DNA from: Candidatus Hydrogenedentota bacterium
Lineage (GTDB): Bacteria > Hydrogenedentota > Hydrogenedentia > Hydrogenedentales > SLHB01
Direction: 5' to 3'
DNA: 64,000 nucleotides
Assembly (NCBI GenBank): GCA_045863295.1
Contig: BTWA01000015.1
Coordinates: 1 to 64,000, forward strand
Of the stretch, positions 1 through 10,925 are shown piece by piece (position 1 is the stretch's first letter; each line of letters opens with the position of its first letter). The position numbers and the translations under genes were made by a program. The notes beneath the pieces were generated by a model that did no database searches, was not told where the DNA came from, and worked only from the letters and a program-made list of their open reading frames with translations.

Positions 1-1
1 A

Positions 2-262
2 CAAGGACTGATGAATAACGAACCTCAACTCGTCAACAACGAATGGGTACTCCAACTCAACCACGGCGGAGTCTTCGATGTTGTGTCGATTGAAGAACAG
101 GCTTCGGTGCCGTCCTCTTCGGGGGTTTCGCAACCCACATCCATCGGTTCACTCGTTGCGCTCCTGTTCGTTTTCGTTACATTGTTGTCGACACGCGGAG
201 GACCGAAAATCTTTGCGATAGCCGTTTGTAAGTCATTACGTGCGTACAAATCTCTAAATTGA
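2..262 (+). CDS. C-terminal fragment of a protein entering from outside the window, ending in a Ser-rich linker and a hydrophobic helix
   Basis: Frame is open from the window edge; VPSSSGVSQPTS followed by IGSLVALLFVFVTLL (TM-like). Confidence 0.4.
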   Translation, partial: QGLMNNEPQLVNNEWVLQLNHGGVFDVVSIEEQASVPSSSGVSQPTSIGSLVALLFVFVTLLSTRGGPKIFAIAVCKSLRAYKSLN

Positions 263-338
263 CAACGCACCCCAGTGCTACCTCTCCGGACCCCATGTAA
301 GCTACACTGACCAAGCTTCTACTTCGGGAGGGGGCGCG

Positions 339-1961
339 ATGCACTGGGTTACACTGTTTTCTTTTGTTTTTTTCACCGCGTTAGTTGGTGTTATTACGTG
401 GATACTGACGCGGCGCGACGATCATGCCTCGGCTTCGGGCTATTTTTTGGCTGGGCGGACGCTCACATTCCCATTTATCGCCGGATCGCTTTTGCTAACG
501 AACCTCTCCACCGAACAACTAGTGGGACTCAACGGAGCGGCATTCACGGATGGATTGGCCGTCATGGTCTGGGAGGTCTTCGCTGTAGTGGCGCTCGTTG
601 CCATGGCACTCTTCTTCCTCCCCCGGTTCTTGAAGAGCGGCGTTACGACCGTGCCAGAGTTTCTTGAACTGCGCTTCGATCACCAAACGCAGGTGTTTAC
701 AAATCTAGTCTTTCTAATCGCCTATGTCACAATTCTGTTGCCCATCATTTTGTACACGGGGGCAACCGGCCTTGCAGGGATTCTCGACATCCAGGCGCTA
801 ATTGGTATTGAATCGGAAACGATGTGCCTCTGGATTGTCGTCTGGTTGGTGGGCATAGTCGGTTCTCTATACGCTCTCTTTGGCGGCCTGCGTACGGTTG
901 CGGTCTCGGATACAATCAACGGCGTCGGCTTACTGGTTGGCGGTTTTCTAATTACCGGGTTCAGCTTGAAGGCTTTGGGACAGGGTGAAGGCATGACGGC
1001 GGGCCTCGAGGCGCTCCGCAATCTGCCCGAAAAGTATTCAAACTCTATCGGCGGCCCAGAAACCTCAGTGCCATTCGAAACCGTATTCACGGGCATCATT
1101 CTTTTGCACCTCTTTTACTGGACGACCAACCAACAGATCATCCAACGAACACTGGGCGCGGCCAATCTGGCGGAGGGGCAAAAAGGGGTTTTACTAACGG
1201 GATTCCTCAAGTTACTGGGTCCGCTATACCTGGTATTGCCGGGCATCGTGGCTTATGCGATGTTCACCGGCCAGGAGATCAAAGCGGATCATGCCTACGG
1301 CGAATTGGTCAGCGCAGTACTGCCTGCGCCGCTTGCCGGCTTCTTTGCCGCGGCCATGGTGGGGGCGATTCTCTCCAGTTTTAATTCTGTTTTGAACAGT
1401 TCCTGCACCTTGTTCAGCCTGGGAATCTACAAGCCAATTATGAACCCAGGCGCCTCGGATGCACAGATTGTACAATCGGGCAAAGTATTCGGTTGGATAG
1501 TCGCTATTGCCTCGATGCTGATCGCTCCGCTACTGGCCAAAACCACAAGTATTTTTGGCTACTTGCAGCAGATGAACGGCATCTACATGATACCGATGTT
1601 TGCCGTAGTGGTTGTGGGAATGCTCAACAGACGGGTTACAGCCCTGGCCGCAAAGCTCGGCTTGGCCACGGGGTTGATTGCGATAAGCCTCGGTTACTTC
1701 GTGCCGCCTTTCACTCGGATAGTCTCGGGTATCCACAACTTCCACTTTCTGGGTCTCGTCTTTGTCAGCCTGATTATTCTCATGTTGCTCATCAGCGCCT
1801 GGAAACCGCGCGAAACACCGTGGGTACAGCACGAAGCCAATGCCGTCGACATGACGCCTTGGAGATACACGAAACCGGTGGGATTCACACTTCTTGCCGT
1901 TGTGGCGGTACTATACGTGTTGTTTGCAGACCTGTCAGTGCTAGACACACAAACGCAGTGA
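339..1961 (+). CDS. Solute:sodium symporter (SSS family, sugar/YidK-like)
   Basis: 540 aa polytopic protein; YFLAGR, SLLLTNLSTEQLVGLNG, GGLRTVAVSD and YWTTNQQIIQR motifs; GGAGG RBS. Confidence 0.92.
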   Translation: MHWVTLFSFVFFTALVGVITWILTRRDDHASASGYFLAGRTLTFPFIAGSLLLTNLSTEQLVGLNGAAFTDGLAVMVWEVFAVVALVAMALFFLPRFLKSGVTTVPEFLELRFDHQTQVFTNLVFLIAYVTILLPIILYTGATGLAGILDIQALIGIESETMCLWIVVWLVGIVGSLYALFGGLRTVAVSDTINGVGLLVGGFLITGFSLKALGQGEGMTAGLEALRNLPEKYSNSIGGPETSVPFETVFTGIILLHLFYWTTNQQIIQRTLGAANLAEGQKGVLLTGFLKLLGPLYLVLPGIVAYAMFTGQEIKADHAYGELVSAVLPAPLAGFFAAAMVGAILSSFNSVLNSSCTLFSLGIYKPIMNPGASDAQIVQSGKVFGWIVAIASMLIAPLLAKTTSIFGYLQQMNGIYMIPMFAVVVVGMLNRRVTALAAKLGLATGLIAISLGYFVPPFTRIVSGIHNFHFLGLVFVSLIILMLLISAWKPRETPWVQHEANAVDMTPWRYTKPVGFTLLAVVAVLYVLFADLSVLDTQTQ

Positions 1962-2031
1962 ATAGCGGCATGTGAGGTCTGTTTCGGCAACCAGGGGGAG
2001 TCTTGGAATGTCAACGCGATCGCTTCTATGT

Positions 2032-3171
2032 ATGAAACAAATCATTGCGGTTGCCATTACCGCATTTGTAATACCCATGGCGACTGGGGCGGAAGTGGGA
2101 ACCGCACAGGAAATTGACTGGAGCAAATCGGGCACGCGATGGAGCGTCGATCGAGCCCAAGCATGGTATAACGATACTCCCTGGCCGGCAGGAGCGAATT
2201 TTGTACCGAGCACGGCGTCAAATCAGCTTGAAATGTGGCAGAAAGAGACATTTGACCCAGAAACCATCGATCGCGAACTGGGCTGGGCAGCGGCTATTGG
2301 ATTCAATGTCATGCGGGTGTTCCTCCATGATATGGCATGGCAGGCCGACCCGGCGGGATTCGAACAGCGCGTGGATCAATATCTTTCGATCGCGTACAAA
2401 CATAAAATAAAGACCATGCTGGTGCCGTTTGACAGCGTGTGGAATCCGTATCCCAAGTTAGGTCCACAAGAAGATCCAGTGCCGGGCGTTCACAATTCCC
2501 GATGGGTGCAAAGCCCCCATCTCGACATTCAAAAAAGAACCTCGCGTTACGACGAATTAAAGCCCTACTTTACGTCAATTCTAACCCGATTCAAAGACGA
2601 TGAGCGAGTACTTGCATGGGATCTTTTGAATGAGCCTGGAAACCCGGTACCGCAATACAAGGAAGGTTGGACCCGCGAGGAGAAGGAAGCCGCGCATGTT
2701 ATCTTGCTAACGAAACTTTTTGCGTGGGCGCGCGAGGTTAATCCTTCCCAGCCAATAACGGCAGGTGTATGGGTCGATGTCGGACGGCGGAAACCGATCC
2801 ATCCGCTGGACAAGCTAATGTTGGAAGAATCCGACATTGTCACGTTTCATACGTATTCACCCTTGGAGCGCGCCAAGGTATCCGTGGATTGGCTGAAGCA
2901 GTCGGGGCGCCCCCTCATCTGCACGGAATACATGGCGCGCGGCGCAGGCAGCACGTTCGGCGCCATCATGCCTTACTTTAAAGAAGAAAGAATTGGAGCA
3001 ATTAGTTGGGGACTCGTGGACGGCCGTTCCCAGACAATCTACCCATGGCATTCATGGGAGAAGCCTTTTACGGAAGAGCCCACACCTTGGTTTCACGATG
3101 TTTTTCGTAGAGACGGGACGCCCTACGACGAGAGCGAGGCCGCGTTGATACAGCGGCTCACCAGTAAATAG
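2032..3171 (+). CDS. Secreted clan GH-A (GH5-like) glycoside hydrolase
   Basis: Signal peptide MKQIIAVAITAFVIPMATG; WDLLNEP acid/base and ICTEY nucleophile motifs; start moved to ATG 2032. Confidence 0.8.
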   Translation: MKQIIAVAITAFVIPMATGAEVGTAQEIDWSKSGTRWSVDRAQAWYNDTPWPAGANFVPSTASNQLEMWQKETFDPETIDRELGWAAAIGFNVMRVFLHDMAWQADPAGFEQRVDQYLSIAYKHKIKTMLVPFDSVWNPYPKLGPQEDPVPGVHNSRWVQSPHLDIQKRTSRYDELKPYFTSILTRFKDDERVLAWDLLNEPGNPVPQYKEGWTREEKEAAHVILLTKLFAWAREVNPSQPITAGVWVDVGRRKPIHPLDKLMLEESDIVTFHTYSPLERAKVSVDWLKQSGRPLICTEYMARGAGSTFGAIMPYFKEERIGAISWGLVDGRSQTIYPWHSWEKPFTEEPTPWFHDVFRRDGTPYDESEAALIQRLTSK

Positions 3172-3233
3172 CAGCCGCGAAACCAATCACCAGGTAGACG
3201 GACTCGTGACGGGACAAAGTTGGGGGACTTTGT

Positions 3234-5714
3234 ATGTCGTATATGTTGATTGTATCGGTGGTAGTTCAAGCCGCGCTTGCCGCATCGCCCGTGCCTTTGG
3301 AGTTGGACGATGCCACCGAGTGGATAAATGCGAAGTTAGAGGGCAAGTCCCGCCCCACCGGGAGTCGGGCTGCAGTCGAAGTACATGCCAATCACGATCC
3401 TGTTCAGATGAATTCAAGGGCGGGGAAACCGCTTAACATTGCGGGCATTGAGTTCGATTCTGGCTTGTATTGCCACGCCCCAAGCCGATTACGCGTCCGG
3501 CTGCCCAAAGCGGGCAAGACATTTCAAGCGATCGTAGGTGTTGACTCCAACGATCAGACACGCGGCGGCCGTGGAAGCGTCATGTTCAGCGTCACAACGG
3601 AGGAGAAGACCATATGGACTTCCGGCACGTTGAACGAGGGAGACATGGGCGTGCCTGTCTCAATCGATCTTCACGGGGCTACGGAGTTCTGGCTAGAGGT
3701 TAGTGACACAGGCGACGGTATCTCGTGCGATCAGGCGGACTGGGCAAATGCCATTGTGACCGTTGACGACGGTTCAGCTATTTCCGTTAGTGATCTACCT
3801 CTGGAACAGAGCGCGCGAATGCCACTCACCAACGATCCGCCATTCTCGTTCATGTATGGTGGAAGGCCGTCATCCGACTTCTTGGCGAGTTGGCCATGCG
3901 AAAGGAAGACCCAACCAATTGACCAGCACCGCAACCGGCACACTATCCAATATCGCGATCCGGATTCCCGTTTGGAAGTGCTGTGCGAAGCCATTCAGTA
4001 CCTGGACTACCCCGTTGTTGAATGGACCATGCACTTCAGAAACGATGGAAATACGGATACGCCTGTCTTGAGCGATATCCAACCCATTAACTCAATCTTC
4101 GACAACGGATCCAACAACGACGTCACATTGTTCCACAACAAGGGTGACAACTGTACGGCAGACAGTTTCGAACCCTTGGTGGAACCGCTTGAAGTGGGCG
4201 AAAACTATCGAATTGCCAACACAGGTGGCCGGCCAACACAAGTCGCGTTCCCATATTTCAATCTGAATTTCGGCGATCGCGGTATGATCGTTGTGGTGAG
4301 TTGGGCCGGCCAGTGGTACACTCAATTCACGCGCGACCAAGGTTCCGGTATTCGAATCCAGGCCGGGCAAGAGGCCACCCACTTCAAACTGCATCCCGGG
4401 GAACAAGTCCGGACGCCCATGATTGTGGTTCAGTTTTACAGAGGCAATCGTTGGCATGGACAGAATGTGTGGCGATCGTGGATGATTGAGCACAATCTAC
4501 CCAAGCCAAACGGTGCCCTGCCCAAATTGGGCCAACTCGCGGCATGCAGTTCTCATCAGTTTGGCGAAATGATCCACGCCACTACCGATAATCAAATGTT
4601 TTTTATTCAAAAGTATCTCGACCGGGGATTTGCACTCGACTATTGGTGGATGGATGCGGGCTGGTACTGGAACAAGTCCGGATGGCCCAATACAGGCACA
4701 TGGGAAGTAGATACCAACCGGTTTCCTGGCGGGCTTCGTCCAATCAGTGATTATGCGCATAACCGCGGTGTGGACATCATCGTGTGGTTCGAACCCGAGC
4801 GAGTCACCGAAGGCACTTGGCTGGCTGACAACCACCCTGAATGGATTCACGGAGGCACAAAAGGCGGCTTATTGAATCTTGGAATTCCAGACGCACGAAT
4901 GTGGCTCACCGATCACGTCGATTCGTTGATCTCCTCGCAGGGAATTGACCTGTACCGGCAGGATTTCAACATGGATCCCCTCTCCTACTGGCGCTCCAAT
5001 GACGAGGATGACAGGCAGGGGCTCACCGAAATTCGACATGTAGAAGCGTACTTCGCCTATTGGGATGCGCTGCGTAAGCGCCACCCCGGAATGCTCATCG
5101 ATTCATGCGCAAGCGGCGGCCGCCGGAACGACTTGGAGACCCTTCGACGGGCCGTGCCGCTGCTTCGAAGCGACTACATTATGGAGCCGACTGGGAATCA
5201 ATGCCATACGTATGCGCTCGCGGCATGGTTTCCTTACTTCGGCACGGGATCGTCCAAAACCGATCCCTATCAAATCATGAGCACCCTGTGCCCGCACTTC
5301 ACGGCCTGCTGGGACCAGCGCGATGAAACCATCGACTGGAATCGTATCAGGCAAACAATGAGCGACTGGGCCGAACTCGCTCCAAATTACTTCGGCGACT
5401 TCTATCCCATTACTGACTATTCGCTCAAGAATGACCAGTGGATTGCCTGGCAATTTCACCGTGAAGAAGCAGGTCAGGGCATGGTGCAGGCGTTCCGCCG
5501 GGACAACTGTCCCTACGTATCCGCACGCTTGCCGTTGCGGTCACTGGATTCAGGTTCGGAGTACGACGTGCATTGCCTTGGCCACCCCGAAGCAAACACG
5601 ACGTTGACCGGCAAGAAACTGATGGAAGAAGGAATTCCAATATTGATTGACTCCAAGCCGGGTGCCGTGTTCGTTTCCTATGTCAAGCGCCTGACCGCGC
5701 CACACGAGAAGTAG
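3234..5714 (+). CDS. Alpha-galactosidase (GH36-like) with N-terminal NPCBM/NEW2 domain
   Basis: NPCBM motifs GLYCHAPS and GDGISCDQADWANA; GH36 motifs WWMDAGW, WFEPE, YRQDFN, DSCASGGRRND. Confidence 0.85.
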   Translation: MSYMLIVSVVVQAALAASPVPLELDDATEWINAKLEGKSRPTGSRAAVEVHANHDPVQMNSRAGKPLNIAGIEFDSGLYCHAPSRLRVRLPKAGKTFQAIVGVDSNDQTRGGRGSVMFSVTTEEKTIWTSGTLNEGDMGVPVSIDLHGATEFWLEVSDTGDGISCDQADWANAIVTVDDGSAISVSDLPLEQSARMPLTNDPPFSFMYGGRPSSDFLASWPCERKTQPIDQHRNRHTIQYRDPDSRLEVLCEAIQYLDYPVVEWTMHFRNDGNTDTPVLSDIQPINSIFDNGSNNDVTLFHNKGDNCTADSFEPLVEPLEVGENYRIANTGGRPTQVAFPYFNLNFGDRGMIVVVSWAGQWYTQFTRDQGSGIRIQAGQEATHFKLHPGEQVRTPMIVVQFYRGNRWHGQNVWRSWMIEHNLPKPNGALPKLGQLAACSSHQFGEMIHATTDNQMFFIQKYLDRGFALDYWWMDAGWYWNKSGWPNTGTWEVDTNRFPGGLRPISDYAHNRGVDIIVWFEPERVTEGTWLADNHPEWIHGGTKGGLLNLGIPDARMWLTDHVDSLISSQGIDLYRQDFNMDPLSYWRSNDEDDRQGLTEIRHVEAYFAYWDALRKRHPGMLIDSCASGGRRNDLETLRRAVPLLRSDYIMEPTGNQCHTYALAAWFPYFGTGSSKTDPYQIMSTLCPHFTACWDQRDETIDWNRIRQTMSDWAELAPNYFGDFYPITDYSLKNDQWIAWQFHREEAGQGMVQAFRRDNCPYVSARLPLRSLDSGSEYDVHCLGHPEANTTLTGKKLMEEGIPILIDSKPGAVFVSYVKRLTAPHEK

Positions 5715-5857
5715 CGTCACCCAAATCCTGGCCTTTTCACACTATATATCTAGCTGTCCCCTGGCACACGTTCAAAAAAGGTACACACCGCTCCGTTGAC
5801 CCCGGGGGCAAGGCATATTACACTTAGGGAACGGCTGTCGTACGTCTTTGACTTGGG

Positions 5858-8800
5858 ATGGGAGCCCCCAACGTGATCAACACGTATTTTGCCCGAAATG
5901 TCTTTACCGCTGCCGCACTGGTTGCCGTATGTGCCTCAGGGGCAGCGGAGGGCCCGGTTCAGTTCAACCGGGATATCCGCCCTATAATCTCGGACAAGTG
6001 TTTTGCCTGCCACGGACCCGACAAAAACGCGCGCAAGATGAACTTGCGGTTGGATCAGGAACAAGGGCTCTTTGGAATGACCAGAAGCGGCGAGCCCATC
6101 GTGACGCGAGGCAAGCCGGACGAAAGCGTTCTGTTTGAACTCATCACCGCCCCGGACCCAAAAGACAGAATGCCTCCAGCCTCCTCGCACAAGGAACTCA
6201 CCGCATCGGAGATCGACACCATCCGCCTCTGGATCGAGCAGGGCGCGCCGTGGCAAGGCCATTGGTCATTCATCCCGCCAGTGAAACCAGCCGTACCGGC
6301 CGTCGTCAACGCGGCATGGTGCGAGAACGAAATCGACTACTTTGTATTGGAACGCCTTGAAAAGGCCGGGCTCGTGCCCTCGAACCGCGCACGTAAAGAC
6401 ACGCTCATCCGGCGGGTCTCTCTCGACATTACCGGCCTCCCTCCCACGCCTTCCGAAGTCGATGCGTTTCTCGCGGACACCAGTGAAAATGCGTATGAGA
6501 CGCTTGTTGACCGACTGCTGGCTTCGCCGCACTTCGGCGAACGCATGGCGTTCAAGTGGCTGGATGCCGCGCGCTATGCCGACACCAACGGATATCAACG
6601 CGACACAAAACGCGATATGTGGGCTTGGCGCGATTGGGTAATCCACGCGTTCAACGACAACATGCCTTATAATCAATTTGCCACGGAGCAACTCGCAGGC
6701 GACCTGCTTCCCAACGCGACCCTATCCCAACGAATTGCCACAGGGTTCAACAGAAATCACCGCATCAATGGGGAAGGCGGAATCATTCCGGAAGAATATG
6801 CTGTGGAATATGTGGTCGATCGGGTCAATACAACCAGTACAGCCTTTCTGGGTCTGGCCATGGAGTGCGCCCGTTGTCACGACCACAAATTCGACCCGTT
6901 ATCGCAACGCGAGTTCTATGAACTGTACGCCTTTTTCAATCGTGTACCGGAAAACGGCAAAGGCGAGGAACGGGGCAACGATGTGCCCATCGTGCTTGTT
7001 CCCACGCCGGAACAGACCCAGCGCCAGGAATCGTTGAAAAGTCAGATCGCACCGTTGGAAGCCAGCCTGTCCGGGCCGGACGCCCGGCTCGATCCACTTC
7101 AGGCGGAGTGGGAAAAGGCGTTGTCGGATCAGTTTGCTGTTTTGAATTGGACCGCGGTAAATTCGGCCACGCTGTCTGCCGCCAACGGCACCACGCTGAC
7201 GCAAGACGCAGACGGTTCCATCCTTGCCGACGGGCCAAACCCGGACAAGGAAACCCACGTCGTGACTTTTGACGCGGCCTCCGGTATTCGGTCGATCAAG
7301 CTGGAAATACTGGCCGATGCGCGGCTGCCGCAGTCGGGCCCGGGCCGCTCCAGCAACGGGAATCTGGTGTTGAGCGAATTCACCGTTACCCGGGTCCCCG
7401 CGGAATCGCCAAATCAGGCGGTACCGGTCAAAGTCGCGCACGCCTATGCCAGCTACTCGCAGGATAAAGCCGAGTTCCGCATCGCGAATACCATCGATGG
7501 CGACGTAAACACGGGATGGTCGGCGGACACATTTTCGGATCACGGGAATCGAACGGCCGTTTTTGTATTGGACGAGAGCACACCAATCGCCCCCGGCGAT
7601 CGCGTCACTGTTTCCATGGCATACGTCTCCCAGTACGCGCAACACGCGCCCGGCAGGTTCCGGCTTTCGCAATCGCCATCGAGCGACCTGGCGAAGTGGA
7701 CTCAGCCCACGCTCTCCAACTGGCACTACGTGGGCCCAATCAAGGGCGATCCCAATTCGTACAAACAACTGGATCAGGTTTTCGAACCCGAAAGTGGCTT
7801 CGACGCTCAAAATACCTACACGGAAGGTGCCCTGCAATGGAAAGAAAGACCCGATTGGCAGGACGGCCAGATCTACCGATTTGAGTCCGACGAGATCGGG
7901 GTTCACTTTTTGCACCGGACTATAGACGTTGCAGTACCGACGGGCGTAACGTTTTCCATCGGCAGCAATGATGCCGTCAAGATACTTGTCGATGGACAAA
8001 ACGTGTTCGCCAGCAATGAACCCCGCACATCCAACCCGAACCAGAACCTGATACCGGTATTCCTGACGGCGGGGCGCCACGACGTCATCATGAAAGTGGT
8101 CAACTTCGGCGGCGGCAGCGGATTCTACTTCCGCTTGGTGGACGATCAGGGCCAGGGCCTGCTTGCATTGATGGACCATCTCGCTTCGCCGTTGGAGTCC
8201 CGCTCACCAGAGAGCCGACAGCGCCTGCAAGACTTCTTTCGACGCAACGATGCCGAATGGAAATCGCGCAGTGATCAGTTGGCGGCCCTGAAAAGCGAGC
8301 TGCAGACCCTCGAAAAAAGCATCGTGTCCACTATGGTCATGGAAGACATGCCAACACCGAGAGACACCTATCTGCTCAAACGTGGCGTATATGACAAACC
8401 GGACACCTCCGAAAAGTTAACCCCCGGTGTGCCCGCGGTACTGGGAGAAATGGACCCATCCCTCCCCCTCAACCGCCTTGGGTTTGCTCAATGGCTAACG
8501 AGCCCTTCCAACCCGTTGGCAGCTCGCGTACGCGTAAATCAGTACTGGCAACTGTACTTCGGCAAAGGCATCGTGAAAACGAGCGAAGATTTTGGCGCGC
8601 AAGGCACGCCGCCCACTCATCCCGAACTCCTGGATTGGCTGGCCACGCGATTCATAGAGTCCGGCTGGGATGTGAAAGCCATGCAGAAGCTGATTGTCAT
8701 GAGCGCAACCTACCAACAAAGCTCCGTGCTCACAGCGGACCACCGGGAGAAGGACCCGGAAAACTTGCTGTTGGGCCGCGCGCCCCGCTTCCGGCTGGCC

Positions 8801-9430
8801 GCGGAAACCGTTCGCGATCAGGCGCTGGCGGTGAGCGGGCTGTTGAGTCCGGCCATTGGCGGGCCGTCCGTCAAACCGTATCAGCCTGCAGACGTGTGGT
8901 CGTCTCTCACCTTTCAAAACATGGATGAGTTTGACACCAACTTCTACGTACAGGACACCGGCGACAAGCTGTACCGGCGGGGTCTGTATACCTATTGGAA
9001 GCGGACCATCGCGCCGCCGACCATGCAAATATTCAATGCAGCCGGGCGCGAAATGTGTTCCATGCGCCAGGAAGCGACGAATACCCCCATGCAGGCTCTG
9101 GTGGTGTTAAACGATCCAACCTATACCGAAGCGTCGCGCCAACTGGCCCAGCGCATGATTCTGGAAGGCGGCGATCGCTCCTCCGAACGCGTAAGGTACG
9201 GATATAAATTGGTACTAGCCCACGAGCCCTCGGAAACAAAACAGCAGATTCTGCTCGCGGGACTGAATGACTACCAGTCGCACTTCATCCGCCATGCGGA
9301 TGACGCCAAGGCGTTCGTACACGTCGGAGACTCCGAACCCGACGCATCCATACCGGAACCTGAATTGGCCGCATACACCATGCTGGCCTCCGTGATGTTG
9401 AATCTGGACGAAGCCATAACCCGGGAATAG
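5858..9430 (+). CDS. Planctomycete cytochrome c protein (PSCyt1/PSCyt2 DUF1549/PSD1 DUF1553)
   Basis: FNRDIRPIISDKCFACHGPD, WLDAARYADTNG, CARCHDHKFDP, PTHPELLDWLA and C-terminal NLDEAITRE. Confidence 0.93.
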   Translation: MGAPNVINTYFARNVFTAAALVAVCASGAAEGPVQFNRDIRPIISDKCFACHGPDKNARKMNLRLDQEQGLFGMTRSGEPIVTRGKPDESVLFELITAPDPKDRMPPASSHKELTASEIDTIRLWIEQGAPWQGHWSFIPPVKPAVPAVVNAAWCENEIDYFVLERLEKAGLVPSNRARKDTLIRRVSLDITGLPPTPSEVDAFLADTSENAYETLVDRLLASPHFGERMAFKWLDAARYADTNGYQRDTKRDMWAWRDWVIHAFNDNMPYNQFATEQLAGDLLPNATLSQRIATGFNRNHRINGEGGIIPEEYAVEYVVDRVNTTSTAFLGLAMECARCHDHKFDPLSQREFYELYAFFNRVPENGKGEERGNDVPIVLVPTPEQTQRQESLKSQIAPLEASLSGPDARLDPLQAEWEKALSDQFAVLNWTAVNSATLSAANGTTLTQDADGSILADGPNPDKETHVVTFDAASGIRSIKLEILADARLPQSGPGRSSNGNLVLSEFTVTRVPAESPNQAVPVKVAHAYASYSQDKAEFRIANTIDGDVNTGWSADTFSDHGNRTAVFVLDESTPIAPGDRVTVSMAYVSQYAQHAPGRFRLSQSPSSDLAKWTQPTLSNWHYVGPIKGDPNSYKQLDQVFEPESGFDAQNTYTEGALQWKERPDWQDGQIYRFESDEIGVHFLHRTIDVAVPTGVTFSIGSNDAVKILVDGQNVFASNEPRTSNPNQNLIPVFLTAGRHDVIMKVVNFGGGSGFYFRLVDDQGQGLLALMDHLASPLESRSPESRQRLQDFFRRNDAEWKSRSDQLAALKSELQTLEKSIVSTMVMEDMPTPRDTYLLKRGVYDKPDTSEKLTPGVPAVLGEMDPSLPLNRLGFAQWLTSPSNPLAARVRVNQYWQLYFGKGIVKTSEDFGAQGTPPTHPELLDWLATRFIESGWDVKAMQKLIVMSATYQQSSVLTADHREKDPENLLLGRAPRFRLAAETVRDQALAVSGLLSPAIGGPSVKPYQPADVWSSLTFQNMDEFDTNFYVQDTGDKLYRRGLYTYWKRTIAPPTMQIFNAAGREMCSMRQEATNTPMQALVVLNDPTYTEASRQLAQRMILEGGDRSSERVRYGYKLVLAHEPSETKQQILLAGLNDYQSHFIRHADDAKAFVHVGDSEPDASIPEPELAAYTMLASVMLNLDEAITRE

Positions 9431-9434
9431 AGCC

Positions 9435-10886
9435 ATGGACCCGCTACTCGAGAGCAAGCTCCACATCAACCGCCGGCACTTCTTCGGCAAATGCGCCACG
9501 GGAATCGGCACGGCCGCACTCGCCTGTTTGCTGAACCGCGAAGCCGGCGCGACCGTGTCCGAAGATCCGCTCGCGCCCAGAATGCCCCACTTCCCGGCCA
9601 AAGCCAAACGTGTGATCTATTTGCACCAATCGGGCGCCCCATCGCAGCTCGACCTGTTCGACTACAAGCCCTCCATGCAAGGCATGTTCGACAAGGATTT
9701 GCCAGACTCCATACGCATGGGACAACGGCTCACCGGCATGACCTCCGGCCAGGCACGTTTTCCCATCGCACCCTCGGTATTCAAGTTCAGTCAACACGGC
9801 CAATGCGGAGCATGGATTTCGGAACTACTCCCCCACATCGCCCAACTGGCCGATGACATCTGCATCATCAAAACGATGAATACGGAAGCCATCAACCACG
9901 ACCCTGCCATGACGTTTTTTCAAACTGGTTTTCAGATCGCGGGCCGGCCCAGCATGGGCGCGTGGGTTTCGTATGGCCTCGGATCGGCCAACCGCGACCT
10001 GCCCTCTTTCGTGGCGTTGAGCTCGCGCGGCAGCGGCCGCCCAAGTTGCCAGCCACTGTACGACCGGCTGTGGGGCAGCGGCTTCCTCCCGTCCGTGTAT
10101 CAGGGCGTCAAGTTCCAGGGCAACGGAGATCCCGTCCTCTACCTCTCCAATCCCGACGGTGTCAGTTCCTCCTTGCGCCGCCGAATGCTGGACGATGTGG
10201 CCGCCATTAACCAGGAAAGCCACGCGGAATACCAGGACCCCGAAACCGTCACGCGAATCGAACAGTACGAACTCGCCTACCGCATGCAGACCTCCGTGCC
10301 CGAACTAACCGACCTGTCGCAGGAACCGGAAAGCACATTCGAACTGTACGGCCCGGACTCGCGAAAGCGCGGCACCTACGCGTCCAACTGCCTGCTGGCT
10401 CGCCGCCTCGCCGAGCGCGGCGTCCGCTTTATTCAGCTCTACCACATGGGCTGGGATCAGCACGGCTCGCTGCCAAAAGAACTGCCTGGCCAGTGCAAAG
10501 ACACGGATCAACCCACCGCAGCCCTCATCGCGGATCTGAAACAACGCGGAATGCTCGATGAAACGCTCGTCGTATGGGGCGGCGAATTCGGCCGCACCAT
10601 CTACAGCCAGGGCCAACTGACTCAAACCGATTATGGCCGCGACCATCATCCCAAGAACTTCTGTATCTTCATGGCGGGCGCAGGCGTTAAACCCGGCTAC
10701 GTCTACGGCGAAACCGACGAGTTCTCCTACAACATAGTGCGCGACCCCATGCACGTGCACGATCTGCAGGCCACCATCTTGAACCGACTCGGCCTCGATC
10801 ACGAAAAACTAACCTACATGTACCAGGGCCGCCACTTCCGCCTCACCGACGTGCACGGAAATGTCGTGCACGACATCTTGACCTAG
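9435..10886 (+). CDS. DUF1501 family protein with Tat signal
   Basis: NRRHFF twin-Arg; GAPSQLDLFDYKP, WGGEFGRT, GRDHHP; usual partner of PSCyt genes. Confidence 0.93.
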   Translation: MDPLLESKLHINRRHFFGKCATGIGTAALACLLNREAGATVSEDPLAPRMPHFPAKAKRVIYLHQSGAPSQLDLFDYKPSMQGMFDKDLPDSIRMGQRLTGMTSGQARFPIAPSVFKFSQHGQCGAWISELLPHIAQLADDICIIKTMNTEAINHDPAMTFFQTGFQIAGRPSMGAWVSYGLGSANRDLPSFVALSSRGSGRPSCQPLYDRLWGSGFLPSVYQGVKFQGNGDPVLYLSNPDGVSSSLRRRMLDDVAAINQESHAEYQDPETVTRIEQYELAYRMQTSVPELTDLSQEPESTFELYGPDSRKRGTYASNCLLARRLAERGVRFIQLYHMGWDQHGSLPKELPGQCKDTDQPTAALIADLKQRGMLDETLVVWGGEFGRTIYSQGQLTQTDYGRDHHPKNFCIFMAGAGVKPGYVYGETDEFSYNIVRDPMHVHDLQATILNRLGLDHEKLTYMYQGRHFRLTDVHGNVVHDILT

Positions 10887-10925
10887 TTTGCACCCGGCGC
10901 CCATTGGCAAGTGCCCGCAACGATT

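Noticed and set aside
5739..5756. NrdR-box-like ACACTATATATCTAGC
   Set aside because: Single copy, right half mismatched, and no nucleotide-metabolism gene nearby
6899..8179. Long antisense ORFs (6899-8179; similarly 29045-30088, 30256-31176, 58017-58985)
   Set aside because: Shadow ORFs opposite well-supported genes in GC-rich DNA, with no recognisable motifs
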